Shown piece by piece: positions 63,131 through 64,000 of a stretch of 64,000 nucleotides of DNA. The stretch lies in NCBI RefSeq assembly GCF_006345805.1, contig NW_021835958.1, positions 124,001-188,000 of the forward strand. The letters are read 5' to 3'. Every line of letters begins with the position of its first letter. Position 1 is the stretch's first letter. Source of the stretch: Octopus sinensis (taxonomy: Eukaryota). A model generated the notes under the pieces. That model was given only the letters and a program-made list of their open reading frames with translations, made no database searches and was not told the DNA's origin. The position numbers were made by a program, and so were the translations under genes.

Positions 63131-63160
63131 ATTATAATAATTATTAGTAATAATCACCAT

Positions 63161-63295
63161 CCTTTCTACTAAAGGCACAAGGCCTGAAATTTTGGGGGAG
63201 GGGACTACTTGATTATATCGACCCCAGTGTTGACTGGTACTTAATACATCGAACTCGAAAGGATGAAAGGAAAAGTCAACCTCGGCGGAATTTGA
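63161..63295 (-). mobile_element. Truncated Meta-domain-like SINE
   Basis: GGATGAAAGGAAAAGTCAACCTCGGCGGAATTTGA; TAA-type flanks. Confidence 0.8.
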
Positions 63296-63339
63296 ATAAT
63301 AATAATAATAATATAATAATAATAATAATAATAATAACA

Positions 63340-63371
<32 letters not shown>

Positions 63372-63379
63372 AACAATCG

Positions 63380-63542
63380 TTTCTACTCTAGGCACAAGCC
63401 CGAAATTTTGGGGGAGGAGGCCAGTCGATTAGATCGACCCCAGTACGCAATTGGTACTTACTTTATCGACCATGAAAGGATTAAAGGCAGTACGTAGCAG
63501 TAGACGAAATACCGCTAAGCATTTCGCCCAGCTCGCCACCTT
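63380..63542 (-). mobile_element. Monomeric Meta-domain-like SINE with internal deletion
   Basis: Head GGTGGCGAGCTGGGCGAAATGCTTAGCGGTATTTCGTC and tail as at 41122. Confidence 0.8.
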
Positions 63543-63584
63543 AATAACAATAAAAATAATGATGATGATGATGATGATGATGAT

Positions 63585-63870
63585 TTCTTTATTGGCAAAC
63601 ACAAGGGGCGAAGACAAAACAAATAGGGAGACTACAATACAAGGGACAAGTGGTGTGTTAAACAAGGACGAGTACACAATGAATAACAATTACAATTAAC
63701 AAAAAAAAATTCTAAGAAAAATCCCTAATAAGGGGAAGTTCTACCTACGACCAACCAAGCACCCCACACATCCTAGTCACCCTGAACTCCAAGAGCCAGG
63801 CACCCGTCTTCCCCTCAACCGTTCCGAGGCCATCTTGTGTGTTTATGTTTTTTAAACAGTGCAATAAGTA
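63585..63870 (-). mobile_element. Probable Tx1-type LINE 3' end abutting (ATC)n
   Basis: CCCCTTGTGTTTGCCAATAAAGAA|ATCATC resembles the 3' ends of the Tx1 copies; no clear coding match. Confidence 0.45.
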
Positions 63871-64000
63871 ATTAAATAAATAAATGCTGCCCCTTACGGG
63901 GCAGAAAAAAACTTCTGGACCCCGGCTAAGAGGCTCCTGGTCTTCTTATTAACAGTTTATAACAAAATTTGATAACATATACTTGTAACAGAAGGGTGAA

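Overview
AT-rich, microsatellite-dense eukaryotic DNA, most likely from an octopus (inferred from the tRNA-derived SINE families I recognise; no search was run). One host gene is supported: a plus-strand ankyrin-repeat protein (main exon 5835-6932, ANKRD34/63-like), probably started by an ATG-only exon at 5271-5273. The rest is mostly mobile DNA: three sibling L1/Tx1-type LINEs (23830-27376, 29316-31367, 48662-51705) plus older Tx1 remnants, more than a dozen R4/Dong-type (RLE) LINE remnants, RTE, CR1/L2-type, two mariner remnants, a decayed Helitron with a perfect 169-bp fold-back, a complete non-autonomous Helitron, Penelope-like elements (PLE) and SINEs. Two patterns stand out. (1) Seven minimal type-I hammerhead ribozyme motifs lie in PLE-type terminal repeats, with C3-G8, G3-C8 and U3-A8 covariant cores; two pairs sit head-to-head in palindromes. 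(2) LINE families appear to partition microsatellite targets: Tx1 in (TATC)n and (ATC)n, Dong in (TAA)n and (TACA)n, PLE and Helitron in (TA)n. Most short ORFs in the track are microsatellite or antisense artefacts. Repeat boundaries are approximate (about +/-20 bp) unless exact motifs are quoted.
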